Part shown: positions 56,240-64,000 of the stretch, one piece after another
How positions within the stretch are numbered: the stretch's first letter is position 1
How the letters are laid out: each line of letters starts with the position of its first letter
Assembly: GCA_964537915.1 (NCBI GenBank)
Contig: CAZIDM010000001.1
Span: 203,433-267,432, forward strand
Direction of reading: 5' to 3'
From: an uncultured Dehalococcoidia bacterium
GTDB lineage: Bacteria; Chloroflexota; Dehalococcoidia; Lucifugimonadales; UBA1123
DNA length: 64,000 bases
Notes under the pieces: model-generated
Seen by the model: the letters and a program-made list of their open reading frames with translations, nothing else
Told to the model about the DNA's origin: nothing
The model's database searches: none
Translations under genes and position numbers: made by a program

Positions 56240-57648
56240 ACGGCGACGAACTGTGCTATGGCACGATCAGCGAGGTGGCTCATCTCGTAGAGACCGGCGA
56301 AATCTCGCCCACTGAGCTCACGCAGGCCCACCTGGACCGCATAGAGGCCACGGACTCCCAGCTGAACTCGTTCATCACTCTGCTTGCTGATCGAGCGCTG
56401 GAGCAGGCTGCTGCTGCAGAAGAGGACATCAGCGGCGGGAATTACCGTGGACCCCTTCATGGGGTACCCATTGGACTGAAGGACCTCTATTACACGAAAG
56501 ACATCGTTACGACCGTCGGATCCAAGATTCTCCGCAACTTCGTGCCTGACTATGATGCCGCAGTGGTCGAGCGGTTTAGCGACGCCGGTGCGGTCTTGGT
56601 TGGAAAGCTCCAAATGCACGAATTCGCGCTAGGCGCGACGAGCGTTAACCCGCACGACGGTCCTGCACGCAATCCATGGGACGTGTCCAGGATAACCGGC
56701 GGCTCGAGCGGTGGCTCAGGATCGGCAGTCGCCTCTGGACAGTGCATGGCGGCACTCGGCAGCGACACCGGAGGTTCCATTCGGATCCCCGCAGGACTCT
56801 GTGGCATCGTTGGCATGAAGCCCACATTCGGACGCATCTCCAGGTACGGCGTTCACCCTCTATCGTGGAGCCTGGACACTGTCGGCCCAATGACAAGGTC
56901 GGCCCATGACGCGGCAATTGTCATGAACGCAATTTCGGGCTACGACTCACGAGACCCTTCATCGGCCAATGTAGCTCAGCAGGACTTCACAGTCGGACTT
57001 TCTGACGGTATTGCTGGACTGAGGATCGGTATACCTGAGGACTTCTTCTACGACGTAATCGACCCTGAAGTCTCTTCTGCCATCTGCCAGGCGGCAGGCG
57101 TGCTGTCAGAGCTGGGAGCAGTGGTAGAGAGCTGCTCGATACCCGCCCTGAATCACTGTCTTGGCATCTCTAGCGCCATACTCGTCACGGAAGCAGCGGA
57201 GACCCTGTTCCCGCACATTCGCGACTGTCCCGGCGATATTGGCGCAGACGTACGTGCGCGACTTTACCTCGGCGCGATGACTACTGCGGTTGACTACATC
57301 AAGGCCCAGCGTGCGCGGGCCGCCTACAATGATCAGCTCGCCGAAGCGATGGAGACATTCGACCTGTTATTGGCTCCCACGGCCGCAATCGGAGCGCCCC
57401 TCATCGATCAGGAGTTTGTCGAGGTAGGCGGCAGGCAGGAGAACGCACTGTCCCTGATGTCCAGGTTGACAAGGGCATTCAACCTGACCGGACAGCCGAC
57501 GGTCTCGGTGCCCTGCGGCTTTACGACCGAAGGTATGCCTATTGGGATGCAGCTCGCTGGTCGCATGTGGGAGGACGCGGTGGTTCTGCGCGCGGCCCAT
57601 GCGTACGAATCGGCCACTGAGTGGCATACTCGAAGACCCCCAATCTAA
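56236..57648 (+). CDS. Amidase-signature family amidase (GatA/AtzE-like)
   Basis: 'GVPIGLKDL', 'ITGGSSGGSGSAVASG', 'GSDTGGSIRIPA'. 'GKLQMHEFALGATSVNP' differs from the GatA 'GKTNMDEFAMGSS'. Confidence 0.88.
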   Translation: MNGDELCYGTISEVAHLVETGEISPTELTQAHLDRIEATDSQLNSFITLLADRALEQAAAAEEDISGGNYRGPLHGVPIGLKDLYYTKDIVTTVGSKILRNFVPDYDAAVVERFSDAGAVLVGKLQMHEFALGATSVNPHDGPARNPWDVSRITGGSSGGSGSAVASGQCMAALGSDTGGSIRIPAGLCGIVGMKPTFGRISRYGVHPLSWSLDTVGPMTRSAHDAAIVMNAISGYDSRDPSSANVAQQDFTVGLSDGIAGLRIGIPEDFFYDVIDPEVSSAICQAAGVLSELGAVVESCSIPALNHCLGISSAILVTEAAETLFPHIRDCPGDIGADVRARLYLGAMTTAVDYIKAQRARAAYNDQLAEAMETFDLLLAPTAAIGAPLIDQEFVEVGGRQENALSLMSRLTRAFNLTGQPTVSVPCGFTTEGMPIGMQLAGRMWEDAVVLRAAHAYESATEWHTRRPPI

Positions 57649-57691
57649 TCATCACAAGCTTGCAGGAACGGAAACGACGGAGGAAACGGAC

Positions 57692-58615
57692 GTGACAACG
57701 ACTCCACAAAGTCAAGGTCTATCGCTGCACGATGCTGCCCGCGCTCAGGGTGTAACATTTGAGCGAGAAGCAGTCCCGGAAGATCGCTATGTCGAAGCCA
57801 ACGGCATGACGTTCCACTATCTCGATTGGGGCAACCCCGACGCTCCGGACATGCTCCTGCTGCACGGCTTCGCCCAGACCTGTCACTCCTGGGACTTCGT
57901 CGCGCTCGCCTTCTGCGACCGGTATCACGTTGTCGCGCTTGATCAGCGCGGTCACGGTGACAGCGACTGGTCTGAGGCCGGCGACTATTCTCCAGAAACC
58001 CAGCAGGAAGACATTGCCGGTGTTGTTTCGGCGATTGGATTGCGCAACTTCGTCCTGATGGGACTTTCGATGGGCGGACGCAACTCGTTCACCTACGCCG
58101 CGACGCACCCGGAAGAGGTCAGGGCCCTGGTAGTGGTGGATGCCGGTCCGCAGAATATGAGGTCCGGTTCGCAGAAGATACGCAACTTCGTGCAGCAGGA
58201 CGATGAGTTGGACTCGATTGAAGCCTTCGTAGACCGAGTGCTACAGTTCAATCCGCTTCGCGATCCCGTGCAGGTGAGAGGTTCAATTCGCCACAACCTG
58301 AAGCAGCTTCCGAACGGTAAGTGGACCTGGAAGTACGACAAGCGTTTCAGGCAGCCGGGAGGCCGGCGCTTCCAGCAGGACCCAGAGATGACAGAGCGGC
58401 TGTGGGGCTACATGGAGAGTCTCGCCTGCCCGACCCTCGTAGTCAGGGGCTCCCAGAGCGACATCATCGCGCTGGACACCGCGGACGGTATGCACAAGCG
58501 AATTCCCAATGGCAGGATGGCCACGGTGGAGAACGCGGGACACCTGGTAATGGGCGACAATCCGTCAGGGTTTGAAAGGGCGGTGACTGAGTTCGTGAAT
58601 GAGATAGACGGATAA
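57692..58615 (+). CDS. Alpha/beta-fold hydrolase
   Basis: 'LLLHGFAQTCHSWD', 'GLSMGG' nucleophile elbow, 'NAGHLVMGDNP'. GTG 57692 with a GGAGGA SD; the ORF-track start 57542 lies inside the amidase gene. Confidence 0.85.
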   Translation: MTTTPQSQGLSLHDAARAQGVTFEREAVPEDRYVEANGMTFHYLDWGNPDAPDMLLLHGFAQTCHSWDFVALAFCDRYHVVALDQRGHGDSDWSEAGDYSPETQQEDIAGVVSAIGLRNFVLMGLSMGGRNSFTYAATHPEEVRALVVVDAGPQNMRSGSQKIRNFVQQDDELDSIEAFVDRVLQFNPLRDPVQVRGSIRHNLKQLPNGKWTWKYDKRFRQPGGRRFQQDPEMTERLWGYMESLACPTLVVRGSQSDIIALDTADGMHKRIPNGRMATVENAGHLVMGDNPSGFERAVTEFVNEIDG

Positions 58616-58631
58616 CGAACGCTCACTTCAT

Positions 58632-58661
58632 TTGATGCTGTGATTCGCCGCGTGCTAGAAT
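58632..58661 (+). promoter_or_regulatory. Promoter of rpsO-pnp: TTGATG - 18 nt - (TGc)TAGAAT
   Basis: -35 at 58632-58637; extended -10 TGCTAGAAT at 58653-58661; about 50 nt upstream of the rpsO start. Confidence 0.55.
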
Positions 58662-58713
58662 CTCTTGTGAAGAAGAGAGAGAAGAAAAGAAAACAGGGAC
58701 CCAGGAGACGGGA

Positions 58714-58977
58714 TTGGACGCGGCTGAAAAGCAGACAATAGTCGCTGAATACAGAACTAATGACAACGACACCGGTTCCACCGATATCCAGGTGGCGGTG
58801 TTAACGGCCCGCATCAACAGGCTGACGCAGCACCTGAGAGAAAACAAGCATGACGAGTCCACCAGGCGTGGACTTCTCAAGATGGTGGGCCGACGGCGCA
58901 GACTACTCCGATACTTAAATCGCGAGGACGTTTCGCGCTATAGATCGCTTATTTCGAGGCTCGGCCTTAGAGGCTAA
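58714..58977 (+). CDS. rpsO: 30S ribosomal protein S15
   Basis: '[50 protein letters not shown]'. TTG start with an AGGAG SD. Confidence 0.95.
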   Translation: MDAAEKQTIVAEYRTNDNDTGSTDIQVAVLTARINRLTQHLRENKHDESTRRGLLKMVGRRRRLLRYLNREDVSRYRSLISRLGLRG

Positions 58978-58987
58978 TTCCCCCCAC

Positions 58988-59012
58988 AGCACCCGACAAG
59001 GGTGCTTTTCTT
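58988..59012 (+). terminator. Intrinsic terminator/attenuator hairpin between rpsO and pnp
   Basis: Stem AGCACCC / GGGTGCT with a 5-nt loop, followed by TTTTCTTCTT. Confidence 0.65.
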
Positions 59013-59052
59013 CTTCCTTGGGATTTCCCCAAATAAGGAGGCGCTACGCCAT

Positions 59053-61482
59053 ATGACGACGACCCTTTTTGACCTCAAACTAGGTGATGGAGTTCTTTCA
59101 TTTGAGTGCGGAAAGTTGGCACAGAATGCCAACGGTTCTGTACTCGTAAAGTACCATGACAACGTGCTGCTGGTCACAGCAACTACCTCAAATCCGAGAG
59201 AAGGCATAGACTTCTTCCCGCTGACCGTAGATGTCGAAGAGCGACTCTATGCTCGCGGCAAGATACCTGGAAGTTTCTTCAAGCGCGAAGGCAGGCCATC
59301 GACACATTCGATCCTGATAGCGCGACTTACCGACCGCCCTATTCGACCGCTGTTCCCCAAGGACTTCCGAAACGAGGTCCAGATTATTGCCACGCCACTT
59401 TCGTCGGACACTACGAACCCCTACGATATGATCGCCATAATCGGCGCGTCCGCGGCCCTGACCATTTCGGACATTCCCTTCGAGGGTCCCATCTCGGCAA
59501 CGCGAATGGGCTACATCGACGGGGAATTTGTAGTAAACCCGTCGTACGAGCAGATTGAGGAGAGTCGACTTGACCTCATGGTCGCCGGTTCCCGCTCTGG
59601 CGTGATCATGATGGAGGCTGGAGCCAACGAAGTCACCGAGGACGTTGTTCTTGAGGCCATCGAGCGCGCCCAGGAAGTGAACCTGGAGGTTATCGAACTC
59701 CAGGAGGAACTTGCGAAAGCCTACGGTAAGGCGCCCCTGGAGTACGTCCCTCGCTCTTACGACCACGACCTGACGCAGCAGGTTGGCGAAGAGACTGTTG
59801 ACGACCTCGTAGAGGCGCTGAACCTGGATGACGAAGAGAGCGACGCCAAGGTAAGCGAGATTAAGGCCTCGGTCTTCGAGAAGTACGGCGAAGAGCACGA
59901 TCCATCCATGGTCGGTACGGCCTTCGACGAGGCCTTCGAGGCGGCATTCAAGCGGCGTGTACTGGAAACGGGCGAACGCCCTGACGGTCGCGGCCTCAAA
60001 GAGATCAGACCGCTGTCTAGCGAAGTTGGCTTGTTCCCACGCCCGCATGGTACGGGTCTGTTCACCCGAGGTGAAACCCAGGTACTCGGCGTTTGCACGC
60101 TGGGCTCTGTAGGGGACGCTCAGAAGATTGACAACATGAGCCCCGAAGACGAAAAGCGGTTCATGCTTCACTACAACTTCCCTCCGTTCTCCACCGGGGA
60201 GGCGAGGCCGATTCGCTCGACCGGTCGGCGCGAGATTGGCCATGGCGCCCTTGCTGAAAGGGCACTGTCAGCCGTACTCCCGACTGAGGAGGACTTCCCC
60301 TACACCATACGCCTGGTCGGCGAGTGCCTCAGCTCGAATGGTTCCACCTCAATGGCTACCGTTTGCGCAGGTACACTGGCCCTGATGGACGCGGGAGTGC
60401 CCATCAAGACCCCTGTGGCTGGAATCTCAATTGGCCTGGTAACCGGAGAGGGTGGACAGTACGTCACTCTCACCGACATACAGGGCAAGGAAGACCATAT
60501 GGGCGACATGGACTTCAAGGTTGCCGGAACAGAGAACGGCATCACTGCCATTCAGCTCGACATGAAGGTCAAGAGCATCAGCTACGATGTGATCTACGAC
60601 GCCCTCCATCAGGCCAAGGAGGCAAGAGAGGAAATCCTTGACCATATCGAGGGTACTCTCCCCGAGTACCGCAGCGAACTCAGCAAGTTCGCACCTAGAA
60701 TGGAAGCTATCCAGATTCCCGTCGACAAGATCGGCGCGGTTATCGGCCCAGGCGGGAAGACGATTCGGGGAATCGTCGAAGAGACCGGCGCCACCGTCGA
60801 CATTCAGGACGACGGCACGGTCATCATCGGTTCCAGCGATGGGGATGCTGCCAACCGTGCGATTCAGATGATCAAGGATCTGACCAAAGAGATCGAGATC
60901 GGCGAGATCTACACTGGGAAGGTCGTCCGTACCACCGACTTCGGCTGCTTTGTGGAGCTTCTGCCCGGCAAGGACGGCATGGTCCACATCAGTGAACTCG
61001 CCAATTACCGGGTTCCCACTGTGGAAGACGAGGTCAACGTCGGCGACGAGGTGACCGTGCTGGTCACCGAGGTCGACCAGACCGGACGAGTCAGGCTCTC
61101 CAGGCGGGCGCTGCTAAGCGACGCTGATGAAGACGGTGAAGATCCCGTAGAGGCTGCCCTGAAGCGTCAGCGCGCAGGCAGAGGCGGAGGCCAGAGACGC
61201 GGCGGCGGCGGTTTTGGAGGCGACAGGGGTGACAGAGGCGATAGGGGTCCCAGGAGAAATGGCCCCGGTCGGGGTCCCCGTAACAGGGACCGTGACTTCG
61301 ACGGAGGCAGGCCCCGAGACCGCGACCGTGACGGCGACCGGGGACGGGACAGGAACCGCGACGACAGGGGCAGGTCAGGCCCTCGTGGGCAGTCCCGAGG
61401 CGGCTACGGTGGCGGCGGCGGTCGTGACCGTGATCGCGACCGTGACAGAGGCGAAGGGCGGAGACGCAGGGAGCGTTTCTAG
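59053..61482 (+). CDS. pnp: Polyribonucleotide nucleotidyltransferase (PNPase) with ~120-aa RG/RD-rich C-terminal tail
   Basis: Two RNase PH domains ('FPLTVDVEE', '[14 protein letters not shown]'), KH ('[13 protein letters not shown]'), S1 ('[15 protein letters not shown]'), then the low-complexity tail. ATG 59053 with an AAGGAGG SD. Confidence 0.93.
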   Translation: MTTTLFDLKLGDGVLSFECGKLAQNANGSVLVKYHDNVLLVTATTSNPREGIDFFPLTVDVEERLYARGKIPGSFFKREGRPSTHSILIARLTDRPIRPLFPKDFRNEVQIIATPLSSDTTNPYDMIAIIGASAALTISDIPFEGPISATRMGYIDGEFVVNPSYEQIEESRLDLMVAGSRSGVIMMEAGANEVTEDVVLEAIERAQEVNLEVIELQEELAKAYGKAPLEYVPRSYDHDLTQQVGEETVDDLVEALNLDDEESDAKVSEIKASVFEKYGEEHDPSMVGTAFDEAFEAAFKRRVLETGERPDGRGLKEIRPLSSEVGLFPRPHGTGLFTRGETQVLGVCTLGSVGDAQKIDNMSPEDEKRFMLHYNFPPFSTGEARPIRSTGRREIGHGALAERALSAVLPTEEDFPYTIRLVGECLSSNGSTSMATVCAGTLALMDAGVPIKTPVAGISIGLVTGEGGQYVTLTDIQGKEDHMGDMDFKVAGTENGITAIQLDMKVKSISYDVIYDALHQAKEAREEILDHIEGTLPEYRSELSKFAPRMEAIQIPVDKIGAVIGPGGKTIRGIVEETGATVDIQDDGTVIIGSSDGDAANRAIQMIKDLTKEIEIGEIYTGKVVRTTDFGCFVELLPGKDGMVHISELANYRVPTVEDEVNVGDEVTVLVTEVDQTGRVRLSRRALLSDADEDGEDPVEAALKRQRAGRGGGQRRGGGGFGGDRGDRGDRGPRRNGPGRGPRNRDRDFDGGRPRDRDRDGDRGRDRNRDDRGRSGPRGQSRGGYGGGGGRDRDRDRDRGEGRRRRERF

Positions 61483-61507
61483 ATTCTGAATCTGTAATAA
61501 AAGAGAC

Positions 61508-61539
61508 GAAGGGACGGCCTCTTTAGGGGCCGTCCCTTC
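61508..61539 (+). terminator. 12-bp GC-rich hairpin after pnp (terminator-like, weak U-tract)
   Basis: GAAGGGACGGCC - 8-nt loop - GGCCGTCCCTTC, 26 nt after the pnp stop. Confidence 0.5.
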
Positions 61540-61567
61540 CTGCATCTGGACGCAAGGGAGGAGTCGA

Positions 61568-62362
61568 ATGTCAACCATAAACGTAGTCGTACATGGCGCT
61601 CTCGGCAAAATGGGACAGGAAGTTCTCAATGCGGTCACCAACGCAGCGGATATGGTCCCCGTTGGAGCCGCGGACTATGCGGCCGAACCAGGCAGCATCA
61701 CCCTACCCGATCAGTCGGGGCAGATTCCGATTTCAAACGACCTTGCTCAGGTTCTTGCAGGGGCAGATGTAGTAGTCGACTTCTCCACTGCTGATGGCGC
61801 GATGTCTGCCATGAGAACTGCCACTGCTCACAGCGTAAACGTCGTAGTTGGCAGCACTGGCCTGAGTGAGGACAACTACCAGGAAGCCGATGGCCTCGCC
61901 AACGAACATGGCGTAGGAATTATCATCGCTCCAAACTTCGCAATGGGCGCAGTCCTGATGATTCACCTCGCCAAAGAGGCCGGTCGTTTCTTCGACTACG
62001 CCGACCTCACGGAAATGCACCACGAGGCTAAGATCGACGCGCCTTCTGGCACGGCCCTTGCGATAGCCCGCGCGGCGGTTGAGGGTAAGTCCGGCGGCTT
62101 CACGAACGTCCGCGCAGAAAAAGAGTTGATCGAGGGACCACGCGGCGGGGACTACGAAGGCATTAGTGTACACAGCGCTCGAATGCCCGGACGAGTAGCC
62201 CACCACGAGCTGGTATTTGGTGGACTCGGTCAGACTCTGACCATCAGGCACGACTCCGTCAGCCGGGAGAGCTTCATGCCGGGTGTGACCATGGCAGTCC
62301 GCGAGGTTGTTAATCGAAAAGGCCTAACCGTCGGACTTGAGCACCTGATGGGTCTCGCCTAG
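61568..62362 (+). CDS. dapB: 4-hydroxy-tetrahydrodipicolinate reductase
   Basis: 'VVVHGALGKMGQEV' and 'EMHHEAKIDAPSGTA'. Confidence 0.93.
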   Translation: MSTINVVVHGALGKMGQEVLNAVTNAADMVPVGAADYAAEPGSITLPDQSGQIPISNDLAQVLAGADVVVDFSTADGAMSAMRTATAHSVNVVVGSTGLSEDNYQEADGLANEHGVGIIIAPNFAMGAVLMIHLAKEAGRFFDYADLTEMHHEAKIDAPSGTALAIARAAVEGKSGGFTNVRAEKELIEGPRGGDYEGISVHSARMPGRVAHHELVFGGLGQTLTIRHDSVSRESFMPGVTMAVREVVNRKGLTVGLEHLMGLA

Positions 62363-62491
62363 TCACGCCATAAGAGTCTGCGCGACCCCTTGGTTGCAGC
62401 GGGCAAACAGTGGCCCTGTCAGGGGCTGGCTAGGCCTGTCGCTTCCCTTCGTAGAATTGCTAACATTTTCTAGACTTTTTCCAATGAGGAC

Positions 62492-63517
62492 ATGAAGTTG
62501 AACGAATGCAACATCGCAATAGTGGGCGCTACCGGCGCCGTCGGCCAGGTCTTCCTGAGGATCATCGAGGAACGTGATTTCCCCGCCAATGCGATTCGTC
62601 TATGCGCGTCGGAGAGGTCTGTCGGCAAGAAGCTGAAAGTCCGCGGCGAGGAGATCGAGGTCGAATTAGCGACACCTGAGCTGCTTAGCGAAGTCGACTT
62701 CGCTTTCGTCGCCGCCTCAACGGCGGTGAGCCGCGAACTGGCTCCGTTGGCAGCGAAGAACGGGGCCGTGGCTATCGACGACAGTTCAGCATTCAGGATG
62801 GACGCTGACGTTCCCCTGGTGGTGCCCGAAGTCAACGGCAGCGACCTTGACTCCCACCGCGGTATCGTGGCTATTCCCAACTGCACAACCACGCCGCTTG
62901 TGATGGCGCTCAAGCCGCTGCACCAGAGCAACGCCGTTAAGCGGGTCGTTGCCTCCACCTACCAGTCTGTCACCGGGACAGGAGCTGCGGCCGCCGAGGA
63001 GCTAAGGGCGCAATCCAAGGCGGTAGTTGGCGGTGGCGATGCGACCGCTGAGGTCTATCCCCACCCGATCGCTTTTAACGTCCTTCCCCATGTGGAGCCC
63101 TTCTGGGACAACGGCTACACAAACGAAGAGATGAAGATGCAGAATGAGACACGCAAGATCCTGCATGCTCCCGAGATCAAGGTCTCGGCGACGTGCGTTC
63201 GCGTCCCTGTAGTGATCAGTCACAGCGAGGCCGTGAACATAGAGTTTGAAGACCCAATCAGCCCTGGTGAGGTGCGTGAGATTCTGCAGGGCGCACCCGG
63301 TCTGCGCATTGTGGACGATCCCCAATCGAACGTGTATCCTATGCCCATCGAAGCTGAGGGCGAAGACGATGTGTTTGTCGGCCGGATTCGTGCCGACCTT
63401 GCCCTCGATAATGGCATAGCGATGTGGCTATCGTGCGACAACCTCAGGAAGGGCGCAGCGCTCAACTCCATCCAGATAGCCGAGGAGATGATGGCGCGCG
63501 ACCTTCTGCTCAGGTAG
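62492..63517 (+). CDS. asd: Aspartate-semialdehyde dehydrogenase
   Basis: 'IAIVGATGAVGQ', 'IPNCTTTP' (active-site Cys), 'RVPVVISHSEAV'. Confidence 0.93.
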   Translation: MKLNECNIAIVGATGAVGQVFLRIIEERDFPANAIRLCASERSVGKKLKVRGEEIEVELATPELLSEVDFAFVAASTAVSRELAPLAAKNGAVAIDDSSAFRMDADVPLVVPEVNGSDLDSHRGIVAIPNCTTTPLVMALKPLHQSNAVKRVVASTYQSVTGTGAAAAEELRAQSKAVVGGGDATAEVYPHPIAFNVLPHVEPFWDNGYTNEEMKMQNETRKILHAPEIKVSATCVRVPVVISHSEAVNIEFEDPISPGEVREILQGAPGLRIVDDPQSNVYPMPIEAEGEDDVFVGRIRADLALDNGIAMWLSCDNLRKGAALNSIQIAEEMMARDLLLR

Positions 63518-63547
63518 CGTGGGGCTTACAGGTTCCGGAGGTAGGAA

Positions 63548-64000
63548 ATGGCTGAGATTGGACGTCTGCTGACTGCAATGGTGACTCCCTTCGACGAAGA
63601 GGGGGAGATCGACTACACAAAGGCCCGCAAGCTGGCACGCGCCCTGCTGGACTCAGGCTCGGATGGCCTCGTGATCGGCGGCACGACAGGCGAGTCGCCA
63701 TCGATGAGTGACGATGAGAAGATCCGCCTGTTTGCCGAGGTGAAGGAAGAGGTTGGTGACGAGGCTGCTGTAATTGCCGGCACCACCGACAACAACCATC
63801 GCAAGTCAGTCGAACTCTCGATAGAAGCCGAAAAGGTCGGCGCTGACGGACTGCTCTTGACGGTCCCAGCTTACAACAAGCCAACCATGGAGGGGCTGTA
63901 CCAGCACTTTAAGACTATTGCCGAGGCGACTCCCCTACCCGGTATCCTGTACAACGTGCCGTCGCGAACTTCCCTGAACATGGACCACGCCACCACGCTC
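63548..64000 (+). CDS. dapA: 4-hydroxy-tetrahydrodipicolinate synthase, N-terminal part (runs off the right window edge)
   Basis: My own translation from ATG 63548: 'MAEIGRLLTAMVTPFDEEGEIDY...GLVIGGTTGESPSMSDDEK...YNKPT...YNVPSRT'. The frame is open to 64000, so it is absent from the ORF track. Confidence 0.88.
   Translation, partial: MAEIGRLLTAMVTPFDEEGEIDYTKARKLARALLDSGSDGLVIGGTTGESPSMSDDEKIRLFAEVKEEVGDEAAVIAGTTDNNHRKSVELSIEAEKVGADGLLLTVPAYNKPTMEGLYQHFKTIAEATPLPGILYNVPSRTSLNMDHATTL

Noticed and set aside
61117-61482. Nucleotide-level repeats (CGTGAC/CGCGAC units) as a tandem-repeat or CRISPR-like array.
   Set aside because: The repeats are in frame and encode the RD/RG low-complexity tail of pnp. 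There is no repeat-spacer architecture. No CRISPR array exists anywhere in the window.
62363-62491. Possible lysine riboswitch (L-box) ahead of asd/dapA.
   Set aside because: The spacers are too short (129 nt and 30 nt) and show only trivial 4-bp stems. No L-box core is recognisable.

Overview
This is a gene-dense, GC-rich bacterial chromosomal segment with about 57 protein genes, one tRNA, no rRNA, and short intergenic spacers. ATGA/TAATG/GTGA stop-start overlaps are common, TTG/GTG starts are frequent, and GGAGG-type Shine-Dalgarno sites are clear. Several start codons in the ORF track look too far upstream, and I re-set them using SD position and family N-termini.

Gene order, left to right:
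- MFS fragment, an internally duplicated unknown protein, and a Zn-ADH.
- A co-directional formate / Mo-W cofactor island: fhs, moeA, moeA-PBP fusion, mobA, moaD-like, tungsten-type aldehyde:ferredoxin oxidoreductase, NAD-type formate dehydrogenase fdsGBA, and a coupled unknown ORF.
- Sugar-acid dehydratase, hydantoinase, tartrate/IPM-DH-family enzyme.
- thiE, a translin-family protein, membrane pyrophosphatase, tRNA-Leu(UAA).
- Unknown ORF, MFS, NYN-domain protein, prs.
- Memo-family protein with a PqqD-like N-terminus, cofE.
- secA-polX-unknown operon.
- Frameshifted esterase, citE-like, fmdB-dtd, a degenerate carbamoyltransferase-like gene, geranylgeranyl reductase.
- PncC-like/NadD-like fusion coupled to ubiD-ubiA-ubiX, an orphan TPP beta-subunit, and a PHP phosphoesterase.
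- 2-hydroxyacid DH plus two family-III CoA-transferases.
- cmk, plsC, glmS, small ORF, MFS.
- GatC-like, amidase and alpha/beta hydrolase.
- rpsO-pnp (pnp has a long RG/RD-rich tail), dapB, asd, dapA (truncated at the right edge).

The repertoire (MFS and CaiB paralogues, IlvD/Edd, hydantoinase, amidase, F420 ligase) resembles marine Chloroflexota of the SAR202 type. That is inference only.

I see no CRISPR array, transposase, integrase, phage gene, or recognisable defence or toxin module. I cannot honestly name one clear novel system. The best second-look candidates are the PqqD-like/Memo fusion, the carbamoyltransferase-like protein with eroded carbamoyl-phosphate motifs, the PncC-like/NadD-like fusion coupled to UbiD/A/X, the duplicated FDCF..PHYHYGP protein, the NYN protein, the FDH-coupled and PolX-coupled unknown ORFs, the GatC-like/amidase pair, the PNPase tail, and one palindromic REP-like element.
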